64,000 nucleotides of DNA from the human T2T-CHM13v2.0 reference genome, Homo sapiens (GCF_009914755.1 NC_060925.1), one strand, 5' to 3'. Positions 1-15,264 are shown, numbered from the stretch's first letter. The notes: a model not told the origin generated them from the sequence alone. Made by a program: numbers and translations.

Positions 1-219
1 GTCTGATTGTCCTCACTAGATTGTAAGAGAGATTAGGGATTTTTGTCTGTTTTTTTCAATCCCATATTTCCATGGCTAGCACCTAATAGGTATTCAACAA
101 ATGCTTGTTGAATATATGAACATCCTCTATAAATCCTCTAGTAACCAGTGTCGAGAACTACATGCCTATGTAGGTGACCCAAACACTTCCTCTAAGAACT
201 GTATAGAAAAATAATTTCA

Positions 220-513
220 GGCCAGGCGTGGTGGCTTATGCCTATAATCCCAGCACTTTGGGAAGCCGAGGCGGGTGGATCACGAGGTCAAGAGATCAAG
301 ACCATCCTGGCCAACATGGTGAAACCACATCTCTACTAAAAATACAAAAATTAGCTGGGCATGGTGGTGCGTCCCTGTAGTCCCAGCTACTCGGGAGGCT
401 GAGGCAGGAAAATCGCTTGAATCTGGGAGGCAGAGGTTGTAGTAAGACAAGATCACGCTCCAGCGTGCACTCCAGCCTGGCGACAGAGCGAGACTACGTT
501 TAAAAAAAAAAAA
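220..513 (+). mobile_element. Alu (AluSc-like)
   Basis: Dimeric Alu with A tail. Confidence 0.93.
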
Positions 514-982
514 ATTCATTTAATTTAAACATCTTAATTAAAAATAGGGAGCATTCAATTAAACATTCACATAATAACTACACAATTATTCTCTTTACTT
601 CTTTCCTACTTTAAGCCTTGATGCCATCACTACTTCCAGAAAAAAAAATAGTTCCTAAATATCCCACAGAAGAAAACAAGGTAATGTTAATATAAATACT
701 CTGCCCCTACATTTATGCAGTCTTCCCTCATATTTTTGATAAATTCCACACCCTTCCACCAGAAGTTAAAGAAAGGAGACGTATCCTCCCACTTTCGGAA
801 ATGCTTTAACCAAAATTAAAGAGAGAATGAACAAGCTATCCGTAGGAACCCATTCATCGATAGAAAGGAAAAACATTTCCTAAGAAATGTCAGAGACAAA
901 TGACTCTGGATCTAACACCATTTGGGGGGTTTCATACCATTGCTAACACAGAGACATAATATTATTAGATTTATATTAATAA

Positions 983-1241
983 GGCTGAGTGTAGTGGCTC
1001 ATACCTGTAATCCCAGAACTTTGGGAGGCCAAGGCAGGAGGATATCCTGCTTGAGGACAGGAGTTCAAGACCAGCGTGGGCAAAATAGTGAGACCCGATC
1101 TCTACACAAAATAAATAAATAAAATTAGCACAGTGAAAGGATTGCTTGAGCCCAAGAGTTCAAGGCTGCAGTGAACTATGATTGTACCACTGCACACCAG
1201 CCTGGGGAAGAGAGTAAGACCTTGACTCTTAAAAAAAAAAA
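983..1241 (+). mobile_element. AluJ-like with internal deletion
   Basis: Alu left arm, shortened right arm, A tail. Confidence 0.85.
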
Positions 1242-1396
1242 TTGTATTAATACACTACTTCCAGAAATTAAACAAGACATACACAGTATGTGGATATAAA
1301 CAAAGAAAATGATTTCCATGTACAAAACATAAAACTCATAGATTAATAACTCAAGTTTCCTAGTCTATTTTCTTATTTTGTTTCATTAAAAAAAAA

Positions 1397-1686
1397 ATTT
1401 GAGACGGAGTCTCACCCTGTCACCCAGGCTGGAGTGCAGTGGCATGATCTCAGCTCACGGCAACCTCTGCCTCACTGGTTCAAGCAATTCTCCTGCCTCC
1501 GCCTCCTGAGTGGCTAGGATTACAGGCGCCCGCCACCACACTCGGCTAATTTTTGTATTTTTTTTTCAGTAGAGATGAGGTTTCACCATGTTGGCCAGGC
1601 TGGTCTCGAACTCCTGACCTCAAGTGATCCGTCTGCCTCAGCCTCCCAAAGTGCTGGGATTACAGGTGTGAGCCACCATGCCCCGT
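1397..1686 (-). mobile_element. AluS
   Basis: Reverse Alu consensus. Confidence 0.92.
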
Positions 1687-2164
1687 CTACTTAGAGGTCT
1701 AGTAAACTTAAATCAGTTCTGAAGCTTTTCCAGACAGTAGTAGTAAAATACACTATAAATCAGATTACCTGGTTCTCAATTCAATGTTCTTTTCATTCTG
1801 TCATGCTGCTCTCTAAATTTGAGTGTTCTCTTGACCAGGAATTAAATTATTCTCTATATCTGAGTTGAAACTACTATATCACCAGGAAATAAAAAAGTCT
1901 AACTTCCCAATATTATTCCTAAATTAAATCGTGGTTAGTCAGGATGTTGCTATATACTTTTAATAATAACTGAAAATTGAAGCAGAAAAAACCCCAATTC
2001 ACTATGACTTGTATATTTTGTGCCATGAACAGAGGAAATTGTCATTTACAGTATAATTTTCTGGGCATAGGCATGGATTCCGGTGTTCACATCCCCAAGT
2101 TCAAATCTCAGTTTTGTCACTTATTAGGGGACATTATCTTAATGTCTCTAAGCTTTTATTTTCC

Positions 2165-2424
2165 TTCTCTCTCTCTCTCTCTCTTTTTTTTTTTTTTTTT
2201 TTGAGACAGGCTGATTACAGGCTCGACCTCCTGGGCTCAAGCAATCCCCCTGCCTCAGCCTCCCGAGTAGCTAGGACCACAGGTGCAAACCACCACGCAA
2301 TTAATTTCTGTATTTTTTATAGAGATGGGTTTTACCATGTGCTCAGGCTGGTCTTGAACTACTGGGCTCCGCCTTGGCTTCCCAAAGTGCTGGAATGACA
2401 CAAATGAACCACCGTGCCCAGCCC
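2165..2424 (-). mobile_element. AluJ-like, partial, with (CT)n/T tail
   Basis: Reverse Alu sequence. Confidence 0.85.
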
Positions 2425-2478
2425 TATTTTCTCATTTTTAAAAAAGAAAGGTTATTGTTTCAAAATATGTTGTACATG

Positions 2479-2753
2479 AGGCCAGGTGTAATGGCTCATT
2501 CCTGTCATCCCAACACTTTGGGAGGCTGAGGCAGGAAGGTAGCATGAGCCCAGGAATTCAAGACCAGCCTAGGCAGAACAGTGAGACCCCCATCTGTACA
2601 AAACTTTTAAAAAAATTCTCCAGGCATGGTGTTACGTGCCAGTAGAGGCTGGAGGGTCACTTGAACCAGGGAGGTCAAGGCTGCAGTGAGCCATGATTGC
2701 GCCACTGTACTCTAGCCTGGGCAATCCAGGGAGACCCTGTCTCAAAAAAAAAA
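2479..2753 (+). mobile_element. AluJ-like
   Basis: Alu consensus, A tail. Confidence 0.88.
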
Positions 2754-3447
2754 GCATGCTTTACATGATAAATATTACAATTTTTGCCAATTAAAAATAA
2801 ATATTTATCTCTCATATCCCAGGAAATCAAGTAAAAATAAATAAAAGAAATAAATGAATAAAATTTAAACAATAAAAAGAAGATAGCACTACTACTTATG
2901 TCTTTGAGTTGTGAGAAAAATGCACAGAAAGTACTTAGCACATGGCCTAACACATATATATATTCATAGTGACAGATACACTACTGTCAATTGCAGTCAG
3001 ACATGAATGGAAATCATAATCAGATTCTCACCTTTCAAACTTTAGATGTGACTTCATAGTAATTCAACAAATCTTCCAAGTCCAGAACACCTGTTGATTT
3101 GAATCTTACAGCAATTACTTTTATCTAGTCTTTAAGAAATGAAAAAATAATGTAACAGCAAACTCATGCAGTGACTCAATAAATTTAAAGCCATAAACAG
3201 GCTAAATCCAACACTAAACAAGCATTTTGCAATCTATTTTAGCCAAAACAATGCATTTTCCCTCATTCACATAACAATTACTCAGTATGCCAGCTCCCAG
3301 TGTTACAGAGCCTGTTCTTGGTGATTCAAGGGCGCCCTCTGTCTGAGTGCTGAAAAAATCCAAACCCAAATTTAAAACTATGTAAAAACATGCTTTCAAG
3401 TAAATTCTTAATAAACAGTTCTATGAAATTGATCCTGTCTTTAATCA

Positions 3448-3799
<352 letters not shown>

Positions 3800-4583
3800 C
3801 CACCAACAAATGTCATGTCATTTGTTACAAGAGCACAAGAAATTCATGTCTACATCTCTGTAATTTACCTGGAAATTTGGAAATTCCATGATATTTTTCT
3901 CAAAATTTATTCCATATTATTCAATGAAATTATTGACATGAGTCACCTAGATAAGTTTATTGCTCTCTTTTTTTGTTCTGTCCATGTAAAACTCTGTACT
4001 TTATTTAACATGTCATTGTTAATAAATGACATGTTATTTATTATTATTATTATGTCTAGTTTCTAAAACAAGACACATAAAAAGGATGTGTACAAAAATA
4101 TATAGTGAAATGCCCACTAAAAAGTAGGTTTCTTTCCATCTGCTTCCACTTTAAGGAAGTTATTCAACTTCTCTGAACCTCAGTTTATCTGGAATATAAA
4201 AATAATATCCACCTTAAAGGAAAGTTGCAAAGGTTAATTCAGATATCTGTAAAGGTCTCAGCACATAGTAAAAGCTTAATGAAAGGTGGTTGTTATTATT
4301 TACTACTATTATTAAGAGAATAATCTTAAATAATAGTGTCCTACATTAAAGACATTTTATTTGCTTCAAATGGAAAGATATGTAAATAAAAAAGTTTATG
4401 ATTTACTTTTACAATATTAAACAGTCTTTCTAGTTAAGAAAAACAGTGATCTTGATTAAATGCTTGACAGATCAGGAATGAGCCATTTCTAAAAGATTAT
4501 TTCAATATAAAAATATTATGCTCTCTTCATGTTAAAAACTCTCAATAAACTATGCATTAAAGGAACATACCTCAAAATAATGA

Positions 4584-4754
<171 letters not shown>

Positions 4755-5934
4755 TGAATAGCAAGAGAGGAAGTCAAACTATTTCTGTTTGCAGACGACA
4801 TGATTCCATATTTAGAAAACCCCATAGTCTTGGCTCAAAAGCTCCTTCAGCTGATAACTTCAGCAAAGTTGCAGGATGTAAAATAAATGTACAAAAAACA
4901 CTAGCACTCCTATACACCAACAACAGTCAAGCTGAGAGCCAAATCAGAAAGGCACTCTCATTCACAATTGTCACTAAAAAAATAAAATACCTAGCAATAC
5001 AGCTAACCAGGGAGGTGAAAGATCTCTACAATGAGAATTACAAAATACTGTGCAAAGAAATCAGAGAAGCCACAAACAAATGGAAAAACATCCCATGCTC
5101 ATGGATAGGAAGAACCAATGTCATTAAAATGGTCATATTGCCCAAAGCAATTTACAGATAAAATGTTATTCCTATCAAACTACCAATAACATTCTTCACA
5201 GAATTAGGAAAAACTATTTTAAAATTCATATGGAACTAAAAAAGAGCCCAAATAGCAAAGCCAAAAAGAACAAACCTGGAGGCATCACATTACCTGACTT
5301 CAAACTATACTACAGTGGCCAAAACAGCATGGTACTGGTAAAACAAACAAACAAACAAACGAAAACAAAAAACAAAAAAAAAAAACAGGCACATAGACCA
5401 ATGAAACAGAATGCAGAGTCCAGAAATAAGGCCACACACCTATGACCATCTGAACTTCAACAAAGCTGACAAAAACAAGCAATAGAGAAAAGACTCCCTA
5501 GTCAATACATGGTGCTGGGATAACTGGCTAACCATATGCAGAAGATTGAAACTGGACTCCTTCTTTACACCATATACAAAAATCAACTCAAGATGGAATA
5601 AATACTTAAATATAAAACCCAAAACTATAAAAACCCTGGAAGACAACCTAGGCAATACTATCCTGGACTTAGGAACAGGTGAAGATTTCATGACAAAGAT
5701 GCTAAAAGCAATCGCAAAAAATTGACAAATGGGATCTAATTAAACCTAAGAGTTTTTGCACAGCAAAATAAACTATCAACAGAGTAAACAGACAATCTAC
5801 AGAATGGGAGAAAATATTTTCAAACTATGCATCTGACAAAGGTCTAATATCCAGCATCTATAAGGAACTTAAACGAATTTACAAGAGAAAAACAACTACC
5901 CCATTAAAAAGTGGGCAAAGGACATGAACACTTT

Positions 5935-6245
5935 TCTTTCCCTTTCTTTTTCTTTTTTTTTTTTGAGACTGAGTTTCCCTCTTGTCACCCAGGCTGTAGT
6001 GCAGTGGCACACTCTCGGCTCACCGCAACTTCTGCCTCTTGGGTTCAATCGATTCTCCTGTCTCAGCCTCCCAAGTAGCCGAGATTACAGGCATGTGCCA
6101 CCATGCCTGGCTAATTTTGCATTTTTAGTAGAGACGAGGTTTCTCCATGTTGGTCAGGCTGGTCTCGAACTCCCGACCTCAAGTGATTCACCCACCTCAG
6201 CCTCCCAAAGTGCTTGGATTACAGGCATGAGCCACCACGCCCGGC
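5935..6245 (-). mobile_element. AluS inserted in L1
   Basis: Reverse Alu; L1 resumes at TGAACAGACACTTTC. Confidence 0.92.
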
Positions 6246-7063
6246 TGAACAGACACTTTCCAAAAGAAGGCATATATGCAGCCAACGGACATATGAAAAA
6301 AAGCTCAATATCACCGATCATTAGAGAAATGCAAATCAAAACCACAATGAGATACCATCTCACACCAGTCAGAATGGCCATTATTAAAAAGTCAGCTCTT
6401 TCCCATCTTACAAGATGGAGGGTGAACAAGTTGAGAAGCCAGATACTAAAGAGAAGAAACCTGAAGTCAAGAAGGCTGATGCTGGTGGCAAGGTGAAAAA
6501 GGGTAACCTCAAGGCTAAGAAGCCCAAGAACAGGAAGCCCCATTGCAGTCAAAATCCTGTCATTGTCAGAGGGATTGGCAGATATTCTCCATCTGCTATG
6601 TATTCCAGAAAGGCCACGTGCAAGAGGAAGTACTCAGCTGTGAAATCCAAGGTTGAAAAGCAAAAGGAGAAGTTTCCTGCAACTATTACAAAACCAGCTG
6701 GTGGTGGCAAGAACGGTGGTACGCAGGTGGTTAAACTTTGCAAAATGCCTACATATTATCTTACTGAAGATGTGCCTTCAAAGCTGTTGAGCCAAGGAAA
6801 AAAACCCTTCAGTCAGCACATGAGAAAACTGTGAGCCAGGATCACTCCCAAGACCATTCTGATCATCCTCACTGAAAGCCACAGGGGCAAGAGGGTGATT
6901 TTCCTGAAGCAGCTGGCTAGTGGCTGGTTACTTGTGACTGGACCTCTGGTCCTCAATCAAGTTCCTCTACAAAGAACACACCAGAAATCTGTCATTGCCA
7001 CCTCAGCCAAAATTGATATCAGCAATGTAAAAATCCCAAAACATCTTACTGATACTTACTTCA

Positions 7064-7908
<845 letters not shown>

Positions 7909-9089
7909 TGGTGTTCTAAATTTCTTAAGAAGAATCTAATTAAATAACTGATAACAAAAAAAAAATAACAGATGCTGATGAGATTGCAGAGAAAAGGGAA
8001 CACTTCTGCACTGTTGGTGGAGTGTAAATTAGTTCAACCATTGTGGAAAGCAGTATGGTGATTCCTCACAGAGCTAAAAGCAGAACTACCATTCGACCCA
8101 GCAATCCCATTATTGGGTATATACCCAGAGGAATTCTACCCTAAAGACACATGCACACGAATGTTCATTGCAGCACTGCGCACAATAGCAAAGACATGGA
8201 ATCAAACTAAATGCCCATCAATGACAGATTGGATAAAGAAAATGTACGTATACACCATGGAATACTATGCAGCCATAAAAAAGAACAAGATCATGTCTTT
8301 TGCAGGTACATGGATGGAGCTGGAGGCTATTATCCTTAGCAAACTAATGCAGGAACAGAAAGCCAAATACTGCATGTTCTCACTTATAAGCAGAAGCTAA
8401 ATGATGAGAACTAATGAACACAAAGAAGGAAACAACAGACACTGGGGCCCACTTGAGGGTGGAGGGTGGGAGAAGGGAGAGGAGCAGGAAAAGTAACTAT
8501 TGGGTACTAGGTTTAGTACCCAGGTGGCTAAATAATCTGTACAACAAACCCCTGTGACATGGGTTTATCTATATAACAAACCTGCACATGTACCCCCGAA
8601 CCTAAAATAAAAGTTTAAATAAATAAATAAATAAGAAAAAACTATTATACTCAAGACTCCTTTACCACCAATGAAATTTAAGGAGTTACAGGAATATGAA
8701 TTTTCTAGTACTTACTTCATATGGCTTGCCTGTTCTCTTAAAACATCATCTAAGATGTTAAAAATAATTCAGTCACATTTATGGTCATCTACATATCTAA
8801 CACCAAGAGCAGCCCCAAAACAGAATAATGATAATAAAAGGGATCTTAGCAATTAATCTAGTTTGATCTTTTTTAAGGAATAAAACTTATTCTGTATCTC
8901 CTTAACATTATAAGTTATTCTAAAATTCATCTCATGAATTGCAATAATTCTGGGAGGAGGCAAGCACATGATAAATATTTTTATATTCCATTTGTTGATG
9001 AGGAAACTTATAAACAGTAAAACTAAGCACAGTATAAAATACTTGTTATGAAAAATTAATTATAGCTAGGCTAAAGACTACTTGTATTA

Positions 9090-9250
9090 TCTCAATTCTC
9101 ACATCAATCTGAGGTAGGCGTTATTTTCTCCATTTACAAATGAGGAAACTGTGACACAGAGAAGTTACATAACTTGCCAAGTTATGCAGCTAGTACACAC
9201 AGAATCAAATCCAGGCTCACTGATTCCAGAGCCTACACTCTTAACCTCTA
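9090..9250 (-). mobile_element. MIR
   Basis: MIR core ATTTACAAATGAGGAAACTG...AAGTTACATAACTTGCC. Confidence 0.75.
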
Positions 9251-9289
9251 TATTATATTTTTCCTAATACCTAAAAAGAACAATTTTCT

Positions 9290-9965
9290 TAAATATCCAT
9301 GAGTCTATAACTGACACAAATAAATGACTGAATAAATAAATAAATGGGGGAAGACAGGACAGGTCTTCTTTACAGAAAATTCCAATACATACAGAAGGAA
9401 TGAAGAAAATAATCACCATTAGATAAACACCAATTGTTGCAGGCAAGAACCATCAATGGATTACAGCTAAAATTAGGAGGTGAAAGTATGATGAGAAACA
9501 GAATATTTTCATAGCTTCAACACATCTCTCCATATGACATATGTTAATTACAAGGAGAAAAATAGTAATTTTACAGTGGAGAAAGCCTGCAGACACCAGG
9601 TAAACCAAGTGATCAAAGTTAATATCACCAATGATAAGATATATCAACATTATGTATGCCATGATATTGAGAAGGCTACATCACTTTTTTGATATTTCTG
9701 CCAAAAATGCACAATCTCAATCTAATAATGAGAAAACATTAGATAAACCCATATTGACGGATATTCTACGAAACAACTGACCAGTGTGCTTAGAAAGAGT
9801 AATTTAGTTAATAGTATTTTACCAATGATAATTTCCCAGTTTTGGTCTTTGTACTATGGTTATGTAAGAAGTTAATATTGAAGGAAGTTTGGTAAAGAGT
9901 ATAAGGGAACTCTCTATTTTTGCAACTTTTCTGTAAGTTTTAAATTTCAAAATAAGAAGTTGAAA
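9290..9965 (+). mobile_element. Old L1M 3'-end fragment
   Basis: L1M-type 3'UTR motifs (GGAACTCTCTATTTTTGCAACTTTTCTGTAAG). Confidence 0.65.
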
Positions 9966-10729
9966 AAGTAACAATTTTCTTAAAATCTATAATCCAAACC
10001 TTATTAATTTATCTTCCTCTTTATTCTCAGAGAGGCCAAATTGGTAAGTTCTCCCATGAGTTGACTAGTGTCACTGGCAGAGGAGCTAAGAATAGTTCTC
10101 CATGGGTCAACTGTCTTCTCCATATACTACATGCTTCTGTAAGGAGATTGGATGATGACGATACACAATAATCTTGTATTTGTAAGTAGTAAGAACAACT
10201 ATTTTAAAATGAAAGGATTCAGTCTTTTCTCTTAGAGGTGTTCATTAGTTTTTAATCATGAAATAAAATTATTGCCCATGATTCTGAGGTTCTGTGTCTT
10301 GATACTCTAAAACATTATATACAGTGAAACAGCATTCTGTTAGGATTTGTCCAATAAAGTACTTTTCATTATCATAATGTTTTAAACATGTAGACTCAGT
10401 AATCCTTACTCTAAGAATGTAGAGATATGACTGTGCTAAGGCAATAAGTATGAATAAACAGAAATGTATAGCTAGCTAACATCACAGCTTAACTCAAAAG
10501 GTCTGAACCAAGCCTAAAACAGAAAAGTATGACAAGTGAAAGCACTGCCCAAATGCCCTTGGAGCATAATTATGAGCCCATTTTAAGGGGCAAATACTAA
10601 TAGAATTGGATGAAGGATTGTGGGACAGAAGATTTAGGGGTAAAGAATAGTATTAAAGCTCAACGGAAAGAGAACAAAAACTACTCAATCTCCTTGTATT
10701 CGCTCAGCCCCCAATAATCTTGACCCTCT

Positions 10730-11265
10730 ACTGCTTTGCTACTCAAAATGTGGTCCATGGAACGCCAGCACCAACATCATCTGGAGCTAGTTAAAAACAA
10801 AGGATATAGGCTGGTGCCTTTAATCCCAGCACTTTGGGAGACCAAGGCGGGGCCAATCACTTGAGTCCAGGAGTTCGAGATCAGCCTGGGCAACATGGAA
10901 AAATCCTGTCTCTACAAAAAAATACAAATAAATTAATGGGCATGGTAGCACATCCCTGTACTCCCAGCTACTCAGGAGGCTGAGGGAGGAGGGTCACCTG
11001 AGACCAGGAGTTTGAGGTTGCAGTAAGCCGAGTTATGATTGTAGCACTGCACTCCAGCCTGGGTGACAGGCTGTTTATTTTTTGAGACTGGGTGACCCTG
11101 TCTTGAAAAATAAAAATAAGTAAATAAATTAAATAAATAAAAATACATGATGTAATAAGACCTCATCCCAGATCCATTGACTAAAAAATCTTCATTTTAG
11201 CAAGATCCACACTTGATGAATCCCCAGGAGATTTGTACATGCACATTAAAGTTTGATCAACATTT
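10730..11265. mobile_element. MER5-like hAT-Charlie fragment split by an AluJ (about 10808-11145, +)
   Basis: CTACTCAAAATGTGGTCC...CCCCAGGAGATTTGTACATGCACATTAAAGTTTGA flanking an Alu. Confidence 0.7.
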
Positions 11266-11586
11266 CCCAAACACATTGAGTTTTAAGGAAATAAACAATA
11301 AGATATGTCATACCACATTAATCTCCAAATTGGTGGTTTAAGTAGCTTGGTATTTCATTAGACAGCCTTTCAATCTCACTTTAGAAGAGAAAAGCACAAT
11401 AAAACATCCAGTATAAAAGGTATTTTAGGTATTCTTTATGCTTATCTGTCAGAGACTAGTTAGGAAAAAATATTTCTTTTACAATAAATTTCTTATTTTA
11501 TAATTTTCTTACAAAATATACCAAATCTGTGTTTTAAAGTAAATATATTATGTATTAGACATTTTTAAAGAATACTGACAAATTAA

Positions 11587-12236
<650 letters not shown>

Positions 12237-12316
12237 TCATATTCTTTCTTTAATGCCCAGTCTAGGTAGGGAAGATTAACATTTACTAATATGTTCATTA
12301 AAATAAACATAAAACT

Positions 12317-12409
12317 CGGCTACTCTGGGCACACTGCCTATGGAGCAGCCTTGCTCTTCAAAGAGAGGGAAAAAAAGAAAGAAAAATTATTTTAAAATTA
12401 TTTTAAAAC
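12317..12409 (+). mobile_element. Tiny A-tailed retroposed insertion (about 53-nt hairpin body)
   Basis: Perfect 14-bp TSD ATAAACATAAAACT at 12303-12316 and 12410-12423; A-rich tail. Confidence 0.75.
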
Positions 12410-12783
12410 ATAAACATAAAACTTAATAACAATGTAAATACAAAATATTCAGCTAAAAGTTGGAAGGGTTCAGACCAATATGAATTACATGATCCATTAC
12501 ATCTGTTTGCCATTGCAAACAAACAAAAAAAACCAGCAGTCTTTTGATTTAGAATATTTTTAGTCATCTCAACCATTTCATGAAATAGAAGATAGTTTAA
12601 AAGAGAAAAAAAATCCAGGATAGAAGTAGGGCCATATGTTCCTATTTAATATTGGCATATAAAAGAGAAAATACAAGTAATATCAGCGTGACTCCTTCAG
12701 TGAGATTTCAATGCCTCATCTCACATATTTTCAGGCTATTAGGTGACATCTAGGGCTGAAGGATTTATTCACCAGTTAGCATC

Positions 12784-13157
12784 TGTTAGGTGATGAACTG
12801 CGTCCCTGCAAAATTCCTGTGTTGAAGTCCTGACCTTCAGTATCTCTGTATGGGATTGCATTTGGAGAAAGGGTCTTTAAAGAGGTAATTAAGGTTAAAC
12901 GAGGTCATTAGGGTGGGCCCTAATATGATTGGTGTCCTTATGAGAAGAGATTAGGAGATTAGGACACAGACACCACATAGAGACCATGTGAAGACACAGG
13001 AGAAGACAGCCATCTATGAGAGGCCTCAGAAGAAACCAACCTTTGACACTTGACCTTAGACATCTAGCCACCAGAACTATTGAGGAAATACGTTTCTATT
13101 GTTTAAGCTACTGAGTCTGGGGGTACTTCGTTATTGCAGCCCTCTCAAACTTACATA
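12784..13157 (+). mobile_element. MLT1 (MaLR) solo LTR
   Basis: MLT1-type motifs (GGGTCTTTAAAGAGGTAATTAAGGTTAAA, GTTTAAGC); 5-bp TSD GCATC on both sides. Confidence 0.85.
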
Positions 13158-13484
13158 GCATCTGACATACAAGATATGCAATAGGTATTTACTGAAGGAA
13201 CGAAGGTTACAGTTTATCCAGCAATTAATTCTGCCCAAAGCTGAGGCTGAAGGTTGACTTTCCACCAGTAAAGTCAGATTAAATATTTATTATGCAGTAA
13301 GACAGGCAAAAAGCTATTATTAAATATGAGGAATATCCACATACCCTCTACCCATCTTAAGAAATGAAGCATCAGCATTATAGTTGAAGCACCTATGCTC
13401 TGGTTCCCAGTGGCATCCCACTTGCTCCCATGCTAGAAATAACCACTAATTGAATTTGGTTATCATTCTCGTGTAGGATTTATT

Positions 13485-13768
13485 TTTTCTCTTTTCTTTT
13501 CTTTTCTTTTTTTTCTGAGACCGGGTCTTGCTGTCCCCCAGGCTGGACTGCAGTGGAACGTTCATGGCTCACTGCAGCCTCAAGCTCATCGCACCCGGCT
13601 GACTAAAACAAAAAACAAAAAACAAAAAAAAATTTTTTTTTGTTTAATTTGTAGAGATGGTGTCTCCTTGTGTTGTCCTGGCTGGTCTCAAACTTCTGGC
13701 CTCCAACAATCCTCTTGCCTTGGCCCGCAAATGCTGGGATTATAGGCGTAAGCCACTGTGCCCAGCCA
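13485..13768 (-). mobile_element. AluJ-like with internal deletion, within old L1M
   Basis: Reverse Alu sequence. Confidence 0.8.
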
Positions 13769-14281
13769 CATGTAGCATTTCTTCATACACCTATCTATAG
13801 GTTTGTAGCCCTAAACAATATACTATTATTTTTTGCATGTTTTCAAATGTTATATAAATAATATCATACTCTACAAGGACTATGTATGTTGTTTCTATAC
13901 CCCTACCATCTTTTTGAGAGTCAACCATATGGATGCCCTTAACTCTGGTTTATTTGTCTTAACTGCTAAATATGAATATAGTATTTTGTTATAAAATCAT
14001 ACCATGATTTATTTATTTATTCTTCTGTTGACGGACATTTAGGTTGTTTTCAACTTTTTTGCTATTATCAGCAATACTGTTAAGAACATTCTCATACGTG
14101 TCTCACATACATGTGAGAGTTCTCTAGGGCAACGATTTCCAATTCCTTTCATGACCGCACATAGGAAATCTTGGAAAAGCATATAGGTAAAAAAAAGGAG
14201 GCTGTTCATAGCCAGCAGTGACCTGCCCAGGGGCTCTGGCTGCCCCAAGACCTGCTTGGCTACTCCTAGCCTAATAACAAG

Positions 14282-14713
14282 TGTGGGGACAAGAGTGACT
14301 TTATTTTAAATGCTAATCTGCCACGTAACTTCTGACTAACCCCGAGTCTGGGAATGCCTCCAGAATGTCTAAATGATGTATTAGTCTTTATGTAAGAACT
14401 TCTATTCACTGTAAGTTTCCTCCTAAACCACACTTGATGCAATTGCAGAAATCATAGGCTGTGATGCCCACAGCCACCTACATACTCCTTCCAGATCACA
14501 TATACTTTCCCTAAGATATAAGCCCTGGGTCTGGAAGGTTTCGATGCAGAGATCTACCTGTCATGCAGCTGCCCAGAACCATATTTCTGTCTGTACATTC
14601 CCCTAATAAATCACTCAAAACTGACAAACTGGATTTGTCTGCCTCCTTCTTTGCCTTCTCAGCTCCTTCAGCATTTGGGGGCCACTTTGCACATATGGCC
14701 CTTTCACGGAACA
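14282..14713 (+). mobile_element. ERV solo LTR (ERVL/LTR47-like) inside a minus-strand old L1M (about 13770-15060)
   Basis: TG...CA termini; TATAA near 14517; AATAAA near 14605; family name from memory. Confidence 0.6.
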
Positions 14714-15264
14714 AAGAAAGGAAGCTTCCTTGGGAGTTTCCATGGAAGGAAGAGGGAAATATACCAAGGGGACGAATTTTTGAGTACAAGAGTATGTACA
14801 GTATATCTTTAGCTTTTTAATGTCCACATTGCTCTCCAAAATGTTATACCAATTTTTACACTTCTGCTGGCAATATATGAAGTGTTGTTCTACATTTTCA
14901 CCAACACTTGGTATTATCAGACATTTTAATTTTTGGATATGAAATGGTAATTCCATTGTGACTTTAATTTGCATTTTTTAGATTACCATTGAGCATCTCT
15001 TCGAATGTTTACTAGTCATTTATTTCATTTTCAGCGAATTCCCTTTTCTAATCTTTTGCCAAGAAATTATGTCTTACTCTGAGCAACTGTTCTTTTCTAC
15101 CTGTGTTAGCTAGGAATCTCTCTTAAACAAAAGCACATTCTATTTTATATATCAGAGCAACTTACAAAACTACCATAGTGCACAGTCTACATTTTGAAAG
15201 CTGCTAATCTATAAAATGGTCTAGAACTGATTAAAAAGTGAAGGGGGAAACCTGACATACATTT

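Noticed and set aside
5924-6496. Longest ORF (190 aa)
   Set aside because: Chance read-through of antisense Alu + L1 ORF2 + off-frame RPL6 pseudogene; no promoter or splice support
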